Below are positions 12,201 to 25,958 of a DNA stretch of 64,000 nt, piece after piece (position 1 is the first letter of the stretch; each line of letters begins with the position of its first letter). The notes under the pieces are model-generated. The model made no database searches and was not told where the DNA came from. It saw nothing but the letters and a program-made list of their open reading frames with translations. The stretch is from Octopus bimaculoides (lineage: Eukaryota). The stretch is from contig NC_068984.1 of the NCBI RefSeq assembly GCF_001194135.2, positions 125,933,636-125,997,635 of the forward strand, written 5' to 3'. Both the position numbers and the translations under genes were made by a program.

Positions 12201-14188
12201 AACTCTACCAAATCAGATTGGAGCCTGGTGCAGCCATCTGGTTCACTAGTCCTCAGTCAAATCGTCCAACCCATGCTAGCATGGAAAGCTGACGTTAAAC
12301 GATGATGATGATATACAACAAGCTTCTTTCAGTTTCTGTCTACCAAATCCACTCACAAGGCTTTGGTTGGCCCGAGGCTATAGTAGAAGACAATTGCCCA
12401 AGTTGCCACGCAGTGGGACTGAACCCGGAACCATGTGGTTGAGAAGCAAGCTTCTTACCACACATTTTTTAAAACTAATCCTGTATTACAATGTACCTTT
12501 AAGATTTCAAAGGTGTGCTTACTTATTTTTAGAATCACATTGCAGGGTAGGTATGAGGGTCTGGATCTGCACACTTTGAACATAAGACAGATAGACTGTT
12601 TGAGCCAGTTGAGGTCGGTTTAAATGACAATGGGTTAAAGCTCCTTCATTATCTGGTTTATGAGCAGATTATGTGGTACACCACAGATACACCACATATA
12701 CACTACATGAAAGCAATGACATCCTATATACATCTTTGATGCACCACATGAAAACAAAGACACCAGTAATATTCCACATGAAGACAGTTTAATATCCCCA
12801 CATGAAGTCTAGATACACCACTTAAAGACCAAGCAATTGTAGGAGATACCTCCTCTCGCGAAGAAGGATTTGACAAACATCATTTAAAAACCCATTTTAA
12901 GTTTATCCCTCAGAAAGTTGTTAAGAATTCTTATTGATTTTTTTTTTCAGTTTAAAGGGGAAAGCATCAAATGTACTGATTCTTCACCGATCCTTCTTCT
13001 TACTATGGAAACACACTGGTGTGTGTAGAGTGGAGAGGACGTTTCCAAAGCAATTAACTGATTAATCTAAATTCTATTTGCAGGAGCTGTCATGTTTTGT
13101 GATGCGGGTCTATGAAGTGGTAAAAAATACAATCCACCAACTCACCTGTCTCTACAATCCACCAAAGTAAGTATGGAATGGTAATTAACCACTGATAATA
13201 GTCTCTGGATTTTTGTAGTGCGTTGTGTCACAGAGGAAGGGACAACACCATAGCTTGTTGTTGGTATGACGTTGAGGGTTCCAGTTGATCAGATCAACGG
13301 AACAGCCTGCTCGTGAAATTAACGTGCAAGTGGCTGAGCACTCCACAGACACGTGTACCCTTAACGTAGTTCTCGGGGATATTCAGCGTGACACAGTATG
13401 ACAAGGCTGACCCTTTGAATTACAGGCACAACAGAAACAGGAAGTAAGAGTGAGAGAAAGTTGTGGTGGAAGAGTACAGCAGAGTTTGCCACCATCCCCT
13501 GCCGGAGCCTTGTGGAGCTTTAGGTGTTTTCGCTCAATAAACACTCACAACACCCGGTCTGGGAATCGAAACCGTGATCCTATGACCGCGAGTCCGCTGC
13601 CCTAACCACTGGGCCATTGCGCCTCCACAACACCATAGCTGTTGGATGACAATTGTGAAATGAATAGAAATTAGGCAGGACAGCCTTATTATTATTATTT
13701 AAGACGTTGCACAGTATACAATATTGTGAAGTTGTTGATTGAAGATATTGTATCTATCAGGGATTTGTTCTGTTTGTCAAGTCACAACAAGGACATCAGA
13801 CAGACAGTACTTTATGCCATATGCGTGCAGTTCCAAGATTATAGGGTATTTCTAAAGTTTTCAGATGTTTTTTTCAGGTTGGGTGATATTGAACCCAATG
13901 CTCTGGTGACAATAGGGATAACCTTTATGTTTGTTTCCCCGTAGCTACCACATCTTAGCGATCTCAGTTCTCAGGTTACCATGTCTATCAACCTTTTCTC
14001 TTTCTTTCATGATGATATGCCGATCTCCTGGCACTGCCATGTCAAATATTAGGCACTCTTGTTTTTTCCCTCCTAAAGGTTACTATATCCAGCCTTCGGT
14101 GCTCTAACACCTTATCTGTCTGGAAATCAAAGTCCCAGAGGATTTTTGCCTTCCCATTTTCATCCAATGCCTTTTCCAGTGTTGTTGT

Positions 14189-14252
<64 letters not shown>

Positions 14253-15323
14253 GTTATTATTATTATTATTATTGTTATTATTTCTTTTATTTTTTTATCA
14301 TTTACTTGTTTCAGTCATTGGACTGTAGCACTGCCTTGAAGGGTTTAGTTGAACAAATTGACCCAGTACTTATTCATTTGAAGACTGGTATTTATTCTAT
14401 CAATCTCTTTTGCTCAACTGCTAAATTACAGGGATGCAAACAAACCAACACTGGTCATAATGCGGCAGGTGCAAGGGAGGAACACACACACACACGCACG
14501 CATGCACACTCACACACGTGCACACACGTTACGTGATAGGCTTCTGCACAGTTTCCATCAACCAAATCCAAAGTGCCATGCAATGGGACTGAACCTGAAA
14601 CTACATGACTGCAAAGCAAGTTTCTTAACCACACAGCTATGCCTGTGCCTATTTGTTTTATTACTGTGGTGGTGGTGATGTCGAAGGTTCTACAAAAAAA
14701 GTAACCATGTACATAAACAAAGCTGCAAGCTAAAGAAGGAGACCTTAATGTGGTCACTCAACCTGCTAAAAATAGCAGCCAGATCTCCTTCAAATCACAT
14801 CCTGCCATCCAAGAGTGAAGGATACATTGGATATGCAGTCTTAGATGCGCTGTCTGATTAAAAGATGATATGGTCATAGCTGAATGACTTTCATTATAAG
14901 CCTGTTTGACTAAGGCTGTCTTGATGCAAAATAACAATTAAATTGGGGAAGGACTGACTTAGTTAGACTTAGTGGAATGAATGCCTCATAATAAGATCAG
15001 CTAATGAGAGGTAGTTTGACCAAACAAGATCAGCTAATGAGAGGTAGTTTGACCAAACCTTCCATGATATTCCAGTTTAAAGACTTAACCTGACTGCTAT
15101 TGCTATATTGCTATCCAATAGTTTGACTGACTACCAACTATGTTAGACTAGGACCACATCCTAGTCTAACATTTAACCTGTTTACATTTTATATGAATAT
15201 ATGTCTTCTTCAGATCTGGGATCAAACTGATTGATGTGACTGGAGTACATTTTCAAGTGAGTATAATTGATTACTTTTTGCTTTTTTGAACATAAAAATA
15301 CCAATAACATTTTATGCATTTTT

Positions 15324-15383
<60 letters not shown>

Positions 15384-16048
15384 TAGCTGGCCCCGTGCTA
15401 TCAAAAATGATGGCTAATTGTAGTATTTTATATATAAATAAAGTACAAAGTCAAGTTTTTAGTTTAATAATTCTTTTATTACCAAATTTATAATATACCT
15501 TTCAACTCCAGTCGTTTTATGTTCTTGATACACTCAGGCAATAATTATTTTCTCTAATGAGTTTGTATATGTTTGTGTAGGTGTGTATGATTGTAATAAT
15601 TATTTTTAACAAAACAGATAGAATATGGATGGTAATCCAGTGGTTGTCTTTTGAGCTGTGACTTCGATCATCGTTTGTTACTGAAAGAACGCTGGTTCAC
15701 ATATACAAATATTCACATACTTCCCTTGTACATGCACACACATATACACACATAGAGTTGAAACGCTGTTTGATTTTTCTTTTCAGCATTGAATGTCCAC
15801 CATTTCATTTCCATTGCACACAAACACACACACACACACACAAACATTCATATACCTCCCTTTTACAAATACACACATATACTCACACAGAGTTGAAACT
15901 CTGATTTTTTTTTTTTTCTCCGTAGAATTTCCACTATTCCACTACCAAGTTTGCCATCACCTCTTCCTCCCTTATTCATCTGTGACCCCTTCCTTTCTCG
16001 TTCATATGTTGTGATGGAGAACAAAAAACACAAGAGTATTATTATAGT

Positions 16049-16095
<47 letters not shown>

Positions 16096-16791
16096 ATCAT
16101 TATCATTTCATGTCTATCTTCCGTGCTGAAATAGTTGGACTGTTTGACAGGATTTGACAAACTAGAGGACTACATTGAGCTCCAAGTTTTTTTTTTCATG
16201 GCACCAGCATTAGTGAGGCCACCAAATTACTTGCTAAGCAAGACTCCTCAACTGAATGGGGGTGTAGTATTGAGGGGAGTAGCTTTATGCCAGATAGTAT
16301 ATTTACTATCAGTTTTTTATGTTATACAGTTAATTTCTTGTAGTTTATCCAGTCAATGTCTTATAGTTTATTCTGTCAGTTTGTTGCAGTCAATTTGTTA
16401 TTATTTATAGTTTTGATCATTTTTAGCATTTAGTCTTCTCACATTCATATTAAGTCAATATTTTTCATTCTATTTTCTGCACTGTTTTCTCTTAAAACAG
16501 TGGAAAGAAACCCTCTACTGTTCATTTCATTAATTTTGACTTTGTCATCTGGTTGGCCAAATATTGACACTGTTATGTCTAAGGAAAATCTTTTTATCAT
16601 TTTGTTTTGATTTTTTTTTAATTCATTGTTCCTGTTATAGTAATCTCTGAGTGTTGATTTTTCCAGATTGTATTTGAACACCTTGGGGATCTCCTCACTG
16701 TGCTCATCACTCTTGATAAAATTATTGAGAACCAGGCTCTTCTCAAAGAACATTGGACTCTGTACAAACGGTAAGTTTCATAAGTAACCAT

Positions 16792-16827
<36 letters not shown>

Positions 16828-17109
16828 ATATGACTGCAACAAAATAATCTAACCATAATGCATGCACACACACGTGTGTGTGCACATATATTCCTTCACT
16901 CTTCCACCCATTTCAGTCACCTGACTGTGGCCATGCTGGAGCACTGCTCTTAGTTGAAGAAATCAACTCCAGGACTTATTTTTGTAAGCTTAGTCCTTAT
17001 TCTATCGGTCTCTTTTGCCGAACCACTAAGTTTCGAGGACATAAACACACCAACATCAGGTGTCAAGCGATGGCAGGGCGACAAGCACAGACACACATAC
17101 ACCCACATA

Positions 17110-17163
<54 letters not shown>

Positions 17164-17919
17164 CGACAGGTTTCTTTCAGTTTCCATCTACCAAATCTAC
17201 TCACAAGGCTTTCGTCAGCTCAAAGTGCCACACAGTGGGACTGAACCCAGAACNNNNNNNNNNNNNNNNNNNNNNNNNNNNNNNNNNNNNNNNNNNNNNN
17301 NNNNNNNNNNNNNNNNNNNNNNNNNNNNNNNNNNNNNNNNNNNNNNNNNNNNNNNNNNNNNNNNNNNNNNNNNNNNNNNNNNNNNNNNNNNNNNNNNNNN
17401 NNNNNNNNNNNNNNNNNNNNNNNNNNNNNNNNNNNNNNNNNNNNNNNNNNNNNATATATGTGTGTGTACACACACACACGCATACACACTGAAAATGTGC
17501 AGAGAACAGCTTCTGTCACATTCCAGGGAGAAAAACTAGAAATAGTTGATAGTTTCCGTTACCTAGGGGACCAAGTCAGTAGCGGGGGTGGATGCTCTGA
17601 AAGTGTAGCTGCTAGAATAAGAATAGCCTGGGTAAAGTTCAGAGAGCTCCTACCTCTGCTGGTGACAAAGGGCCTCTCGCTCAGAGTGAAAGGTAGACTG
17701 TATGATGCCTGTGTATGAACAGCCATGCTACATGGCAGTGAAACATGGGCCGTGACTGCTGCGGACATGCGTAAGCTTGCAAGAATGAAGCCAGCATGCT
17801 CTGCTGGATGTGTAATGTCAGTGTTCATACATGACAGAGAGTGTAAGCACCCTGAGAGAAAAGTTGGATTTAAGAAGCATCAAATGTGGTGTGCACATTT
17901 ATTTATTTATTTATTTATA

Positions 17920-17958
<39 letters not shown>

Positions 17959-18260
17959 TCATTATTATCAATTAACGTCTATTTTCTATGCTGGTAGGGG
18001 TTGGATGTTTTGACAGAAGCTAGCAAGGCAGAAGACTGCACTAAACTCTGCTTTGGTATGGTTTCTACGTATATACACAGAGAAAGTATATATATCATAA
18101 ACATTACCATCCCCAGTTTTTTAATGTCCACTTTTCGATGCTTGCAAAGTGTCAAATCAAATTCACTGAGGCAGATTTTCTATGGCTAGATGCACTTCCT
18201 GTCACCAACCCTCACTTGTTTTAAGCAAAGTAATATTTTACCAGGTTCTTCGAACATACA

Positions 18261-18294
<34 letters not shown>

Positions 18295-21200
18295 ATGATC
18301 ATATTTACTATCACACAGATACATGTACATATGTACTTTTGTATATTAAGACATTCTGTTTGTGATATTTGATGTGTATTTCTCTCCCCCAGGATGTTAA
18401 AGAGTGTAAGACACAACACTTCCAAGTTCAATATTCCTGATGAAAAACTTCGTCCATTTGAGAAATTGATGCTGACCCAAGAGGGACAATTATTTGATGG
18501 TTACATATTCTTGGTCAGTCTGATATTGTTATTATTATTATTGTTATTACTATTATTGTTTAGGATAATGGATTGGCAAAGTCATTTGAATTTTGGAAAA
18601 AAATGTTATGTGATATTTGTTCTCAACTCTGTATATTCTCAAATCGAATCCCACTGAAGCCAACTTTTTCAGATTTTCAGGGGTCATTAAAATAGACTAC
18701 TGGTCAAATACTGGGGTCAGCGTTATTGACTAACCTCCTCCCAACAAATTTCTGGCCTCTATTGGAAACAATTATTATTATTATTGTGCAGCAAGCTGAC
18801 AGAATCATTATCATGCCAGGCAAGATGCTTAGCTGTATTTTGTCTGCCGCTACATTCTGAGTTCAAATTCCGCTGAGATCAGCTTTGCCTTTCATCCTTT
18901 AGGGGTTGATAAAATAAGCATCATTTGATCACCAGGGTCAATGTAATCGACTAGAATTATAATTTTTGCTGTTTGTAAAGGGTAGAAGCTCTACCAGTGT
19001 AAAAGTTGTTGGTTTATATTTTTTCAACAACTGTGCACGAGGCTATGGCCATGGCCTTGACACTTCATTCTTAAATGATCCAGTCTACCTTGCCATGAAT
19101 AGGTCCTACAGTGGCAACACTATACAGAGGACAAATATTTAAGTTGACCATGCAGTTCTGAGTTCCGCTTTACCTACATGTGCAGGGAAGTATTCTTTCC
19201 AGTATTTAGCTTTATCCCTTAAACATTTAATCCAACCCAAATATTCTACCTGTTTTATGTTAAAACTGACCAGATCCAACCTCTCACACCTATCCTATAA
19301 TGTCATTTTAAAAATATACAAACACACCATTGAAATCTTGAAACTACAAGATAATGTGTGATTAATTTAAAACAATGTGAATAAATAAGCAATACAGTTG
19401 AGAAAGGAATCTGAATGCTAAATGTTTAAAGAAGAGTTTCCTAATTGTCTCAGTCCATCTCTCTGTTCTGGCTAAACTCTGGACTATATGATAGCAATGG
19501 TGTGTGTACGATCTCACCATTAGTGAGACGCCTTCCCAAATCTTTAAACGTAGTGATCACAATGTTGTCACATGACCTAGCACAGTTGTGGAGTTGGTTG
19601 TGGTATAGTGCCATTGTGGGTCAAAGCACAGCATGGTGTAGTAAGGGATATAAATGCGCCCTTTTAAAGCCTAGCCAGGCTCATGGGCCCGGTTTCCCGG
19701 TTTCTATGGCGTATGTGTTCTCCAGCTGGATGGGACGCCAGTCCATCGCAGCGTTACTCATTTTTGCCAGCTGAGTGGACTGGAGCAATGTGAAATGAAG
19801 TGTTTTGCTCAAGAACACAACGTGTCACCTGGTCCAGGAATCGAAACCACAATCTTACGATCATGATGCTGACACCCTAACCACTAAGCCACGCAGCAAC
19901 ATAATATATGGCATATAGCACGTAAGTGGTGTGGGACCTCGTACACTGCCTCTTTAGTGCATAGCATAGTGGTATTTAGGATATAAGCCAGTAATGACAT
20001 CTTGTGGTATATAATAATACAATAGCAGTGTAATATGATGTATAGTACAGTGATGGTGTGATTGTAGTAGTATATTACTCTACATACAGATCTATTTGCA
20101 ATTTTTAGTTATATACAGGCTGGCCTATTTAATATTTATTTATTTATTATATATTGCAATGAGTGAAAGAATGTCAGCCACTGTACCTGCTGGAGCAACT
20201 TCAGAATAAATTCTATTCTGTAGTTATGGATGTGTGGTTGAGAAGTTTGCTTCCCACCCATGTGGTTTCAGGTTCAGTTCCACTGTGTGGCACCTTGGGC
20301 AGGTGTCTCTGACTATGACCCAGGGCCAACCAAAGCTTCGTGAGTGGATTTGGTAGGCAGAAACTGTAAAAAGCTCATCATCTGTATATTAATATGTATG
20401 CCTGTTTGTATATGAGTACCTCCTTATCTTAATATCACTTGATGGTAGTAAACAATACTGTGTTGAATGGTAGTGTGACATGTAGCAGAATGATGGTTCT
20501 TCATAAATGGTCTGTTATATATATAGTCAATATTATTATTGGTCTATTATTCAAGACAGTTTATCTTATAACTGGTTTATTATTTACAGAATTGTGTGGA
20601 ACAAATTTTTGATGATCCTAATATTGTATTAGTCTCAAAGAGTACAACTTTTGCAGAGGAATTTATATTCAATATCCGTGAAATTCTTACCCAACTGGAA
20701 TCAAAGATCGGTAAGTATATTTTTTATCTTAATATACTATTGTTGCTGTGATTAGTATTTTATATTTGTAAAAAGCACTGGTAAAAGTACTATTTATAAA
20801 GCACAGGTGATGGTACCAGATAAATAGCACCCAGTACACTCTGTAAAGTGGTTGGCATTAGGAAGGGCATCCGGCTCTAGAAACAAGTTCAAAACAGACT
20901 ATGGAACTTGGTGTGGCTCCTGACCTTATCAGCTCCTGTCAAACCATCCAACACATGCCAGCATGTAAAACGGATGTTAAGTGATGATGAGTTGTGATGA
21001 TGTTGGTTTTGTTGAGGGTGTCGTTGCTATCATTGTGTAGTCTAGATTTGCCTCTGATTGGACAAGACTATTGCACACAATTAGCTGACCAGGTGATTAG
21101 GTGCAACACATAGAGCTATTGTTTCATATATATATGTATATATACCATGCTTCTGTTTGGGTGAGTACCATTCTGCACACTCCTATCTGTTGTGGATAAT

Positions 21201-22497
21201 TGTAAGGCATCATACATTGTTGTAATTTAGACATGTTTCTCTATCCTCTAGCCATTTAGTGAATCTCACAGTGGAGACATTTAGCTCCAGGTCAATCCCA
21301 ATTAAACAAACTTATGATCAAAGCATTCCATCCATAGAAACCCAGGGATTTTACCTGTATGCAGATAACCCAGACTACATTATCAAGTGTATTTTCCTTA
21401 AGACTTTTATGTATGATTTGAAAGAAATTTGGCTGATATTTCTAGCAGTTCAAACAACTGCATAGATGTTACCCTTCTTGGCTTTGTGTTGTAATTATGA
21501 TATTTGTTGGATGATTTTGCATGTAGTAGCAGAGATTGTGGTAGCTGGAGTTTGCTAATGTTGCAAACTGTGACCTCTCACATGTCCAAGTGATCTTTGA
21601 GAGGTGTTCCAGGTGGAACTGCTGCTTCTCTAACTTGAGAGACCACAGCTCCGATAGTAGAGAAGAAGACAACTTTATGCTTTGAGGTGAGGGGGCTAAA
21701 GTAAGACAAAAGGGTCCAGAACAGAACCAGGTTTTTTACTGCAAGGGAGCTACGCAACTACATGGGCAGTATATTGATGACTCTTATCTAATATATCCCT
21801 ATCTTTTTGAAGCTAGTAGGGTATAATTAGAGTGAGATTAGGCTGCTATTTCTAGCATGTCAAATGATTACATAAAGCAGGTATGGGCATCCTTTCTTAA
21901 GATGCAGACCACATGAGACTTGGCTCATCATCAGGTGGGCTACACTACTAATGAAATTAAAGGTAATTTTTTTGTCAAGTGTGACACTCAGAAAGTCCTG
22001 CAGGCTGCAGTTTGCTCATAATTGACATAGAGTCTCTCTGAGCCTGCATACAAACTCCATTGGTTCTGGTGGTTGTGGTAGAGAAGATGTGTGGTGATGG
22101 CAGTGATAGTGTCATTGTTGTTGTTGTTGGTGTTGTTGCTTCAATAAACGATTAATGTTTTCTCAGGTGATGTAAAGGAGATGGACCAGCGACACAAATA
22201 TGTTGGATTATGTGGGCTTTACGTTCTCTACACTCAGATATTTCGTGTGGTTGACAAGAAACTTTTTAAAGCAGTCTGGGACGTTTACAAAAAGGTAAAT
22301 TTTCTATAACTTTTGTTTTTGTTTTTTTGTTTTTCCTGTTGAAACAAACAGGCACAGGCATAGCAAAGTGTTTAAGAAGCTGGTTTTGGGTTCAGTCCCA
22401 CTCTAACACACCTTAGATAAATGTCTTCTACTATAGCCTTAGGCTGACCAGTGCCTTGTGGATGAAATTGGTAGACAGGAGTTGTGTGGAAGGCCAT

Positions 22498-22532
<35 letters not shown>

Positions 22533-25486
22533 ATGTGTGTGTTGTCTGTATGTCTCCCCAGCCCCAACACCACTTGACAACTGCTGTTGGTTTGTTTACA
22601 TCCTTGTGACACAGTGGTTCAGCAAAAGAGACTAATAGAATAAATATCAGTCTCTTTTGAGACTGATATTTATTACTGATACCTATTATGACTGATAAAT
22701 AAATAAGCACTCGTCGTGATCTATTTGACTATAACCTCTCATGGCAGTAGTCCAGCATGGCCAGAGATCAATGACCGGAACAAATAAAAGATAAAAGAAA
22801 GATATATTTATTTATATTTTCTATTTGCTTTACATTCATTTTTATTCCACTTGTTTGCATGGATAGATTGGTTTATTTATTTATATATTTATTTCTGTGA
22901 AACTTCCCATTTTTCTCCCTGGAAACATTAAAAAGAAAATTATCACAATTCATTGAATAAACTGTTAGATGAAATTTAATCTCTTAACATATTATCCCGT
23001 ATATTTTCATTCAGAGATGTCTAGTAAATATATATTTGAACGAAAATATACGTTCACTGTACTCTGAGAATTCTATCACTTATTTCTAATCTGAAATTCT
23101 TCGTTCATGATGTCATTCTCATTTTCTATCATTAATTATTATTAACACACATCAAAATAACAAAATCCACACAATTACTACAATGTACCATGTTTTAAAT
23201 CTCGTTTTGTTGCCATGATATATCCAACTATAAATGACAAGACTTACCACAATACTCCTCAACTGAAACACATCTTGTTATTACAATGTATCCTATACTA
23301 AGCCTCACACAGTTACCAAAATATACCCTATACTAAAACCCATGAAGTTACCGTGATATACCTGGACCAAAACTCCACAAGCTACCGCAATATACCTTGT
23401 CCTAGACTCTCCATATACACACAGTTACCAAAATATATCTTGCACTAAACCCCACAGTCATTAAACCCCAGACAGTCACCACAATATACTGTGTACTAAA
23501 CTCCAACAGTTATCACAATATACCCTGTACTAAGCCCCTACACAGCTAACACAATCTTTTGAACTAGGAACACTCTAACCAACCACAACAAAAGGTTTCA
23601 TCCCTCCTCTTTACACTAACATCTCTATGCTGTCTTAATCATACAGGTACCTGCTGTACACCTTGTTGGTAATGTAGTGTGGATCCCCAGTGACTTCCTG
23701 TTAAACAATATCCCAGACACTGCACAGGCTATTGACAAGAAAGCTCTATTAGTTGTACGAGGTCATTGCTCCACTTGGCTGCAACAAAAGAACCAGATCC
23801 TCACCAGGTAACATAACAATTTCTTCCTTCTTCGTTCTAACTCACCTTCTATTTCTTTGATCAAGTACAATTGCTATATGAACTGTACACTAATAATTCA
23901 CTCCTATTTCATTTATACTTTATATGTAGTGAACAGGTGATAGATTTTAATGACAATGTTTATGTGCAGTTGCTGCATTTCTACTGTACTTATACTGTAA
24001 ATTCCACCAAACATCTATTGTACTTACTGTTGATGCACTAATAGTGCACATTTCATGTACTAATAATGTACAGTTATTGCATTTCTATTTCTGCCTTTCT
24101 ATCTAACTGTGCATAAATGCACATATACTCATATGTTTTTCACACTGGAAACTTACATATATCTATGTGTCTGTATGTACATATGGTGATGAAATTGAGT
24201 AACAATTTGAAAACCCATCCAACCCATGGTAGCATATTAAAACAATGAAAATTTAAATGGCTTTTAATGGTGGACATTGAAGTAGATAACTGACTCTCTG
24301 CTGGTTACAATGACAAGTGTTCCAGTTGATCCAATCAACAGAACAGCTTGCTCAAGAAATTAACATGCAAGTGGCTGAGCACTCCACAGATGTGTACCCT
24401 TAATGTAGTTCTTAAGGAGATTCAGCATGACACCGAATGTGACAAAGCTGGCCCTTTGAAATACAGGCACAATTCACTTTTGCCAGCTGAATGGATTGGA
24501 ACAACATGTCTTGCTTAAGGACTTGACATGCCACCCAGAATCAAATCCATGGCCTTATGGTCATGCGCTAAATATTCCTAACAACTAAACTACACACATT
24601 CACTTGAAGTAGATAAGGCTATAAATAATAGCATGTGAAATATTGGGTTTTAAAAAATCATTGATACAAAAATGTCAAAGGCTGTCTGTGGGACTCGAAC
24701 CCACATCTAGGAACATTATAATAGTTTCACATCTGGCATATTTACAGAAGATGTGAGTTCAAGTCCCAGGGACAGTCTTCAACTTTTTTCTATCCAAAGG
24801 GTTTCTTAGCCCAACATCTTACATGCTATTATTTATAGCTTGATCTACTTTGAGTTCCACTATTAAAAACTGTTTATTTCATCTCTTGAAGTTTTTAACT
24901 TCTTATGTCATAAACAGATTTTGGATCATGACCTCTAGGAATTCTAACAGCCCTTAGCATGGATTCAGGTTCGATGTCATAAACTTAAAGATAACTCAAT
25001 ATTACTTCTTATTAAATTTCAGGAGGGTTTTTTTTTAATGTATCTATGCATGGTTGCATGCATTTAAAATTTATGTTTAATGAAATACAAAGTTTCAATT
25101 GATTGAATTGACTTCTTTATAGTCCTTGAACCTTTAATCCAAGAAAGAGCAATTGTTGTCTAGCTCATTCAGGTCATTTGAAGTAAGATGCACATAGAAA
25201 CATCCAATCTGAATTTTCAAATTTCTCTTCTTCAGAGACCATCACAAGTTTCCTAAGATTCAAATACTTCACTTTTATATAACATTGTTTTATTATATTA
25301 CTTGTTTTTATATTACTTGTTTTAGTCATTGATTTTGGCACTTCCTTGGGGTGATTAGTTGATCAAATCGACCCCCAAGTCTACTTTTTATAGTCTGGTC
25401 TCTTTTTAGGCAAACCATTAAATGATGAGACATAAACAAAGCAATACTGGTTGACCATCAGTGAGAGACAAATGCACATATACACA

Positions 25487-25525
<39 letters not shown>

Positions 25526-25672
25526 AGATAGATAGATACATGCATACATACATACATACATATTCTAAACAAAACTGCCTTATGAGCCTATGGCTTGGGA
25601 AGGACCTTTGACCCTTTTTTCTGATATAAATATATATTTATATGTGTGTATATTTATATATATATATATCTA

Positions 25673-25705
<33 letters not shown>

Positions 25706-25904
25706 TATTTTGCTTAAAAGAGTTCCAACACTGTCTGTTTTTTATGTTTTATTTATATTCCTGCAGAACCAATGTGGGGTATAGAATATGGAATATACAA
25801 TATACAATATAAAATAAAATAAAATAAAAATGGATGGCACCATGAAAGAAAGTATTGAATGTAGATGAAATATTGAGTGTTCAATATAAAGGATCAAATA
25901 TATA

Positions 25905-25958
<54 letters not shown>

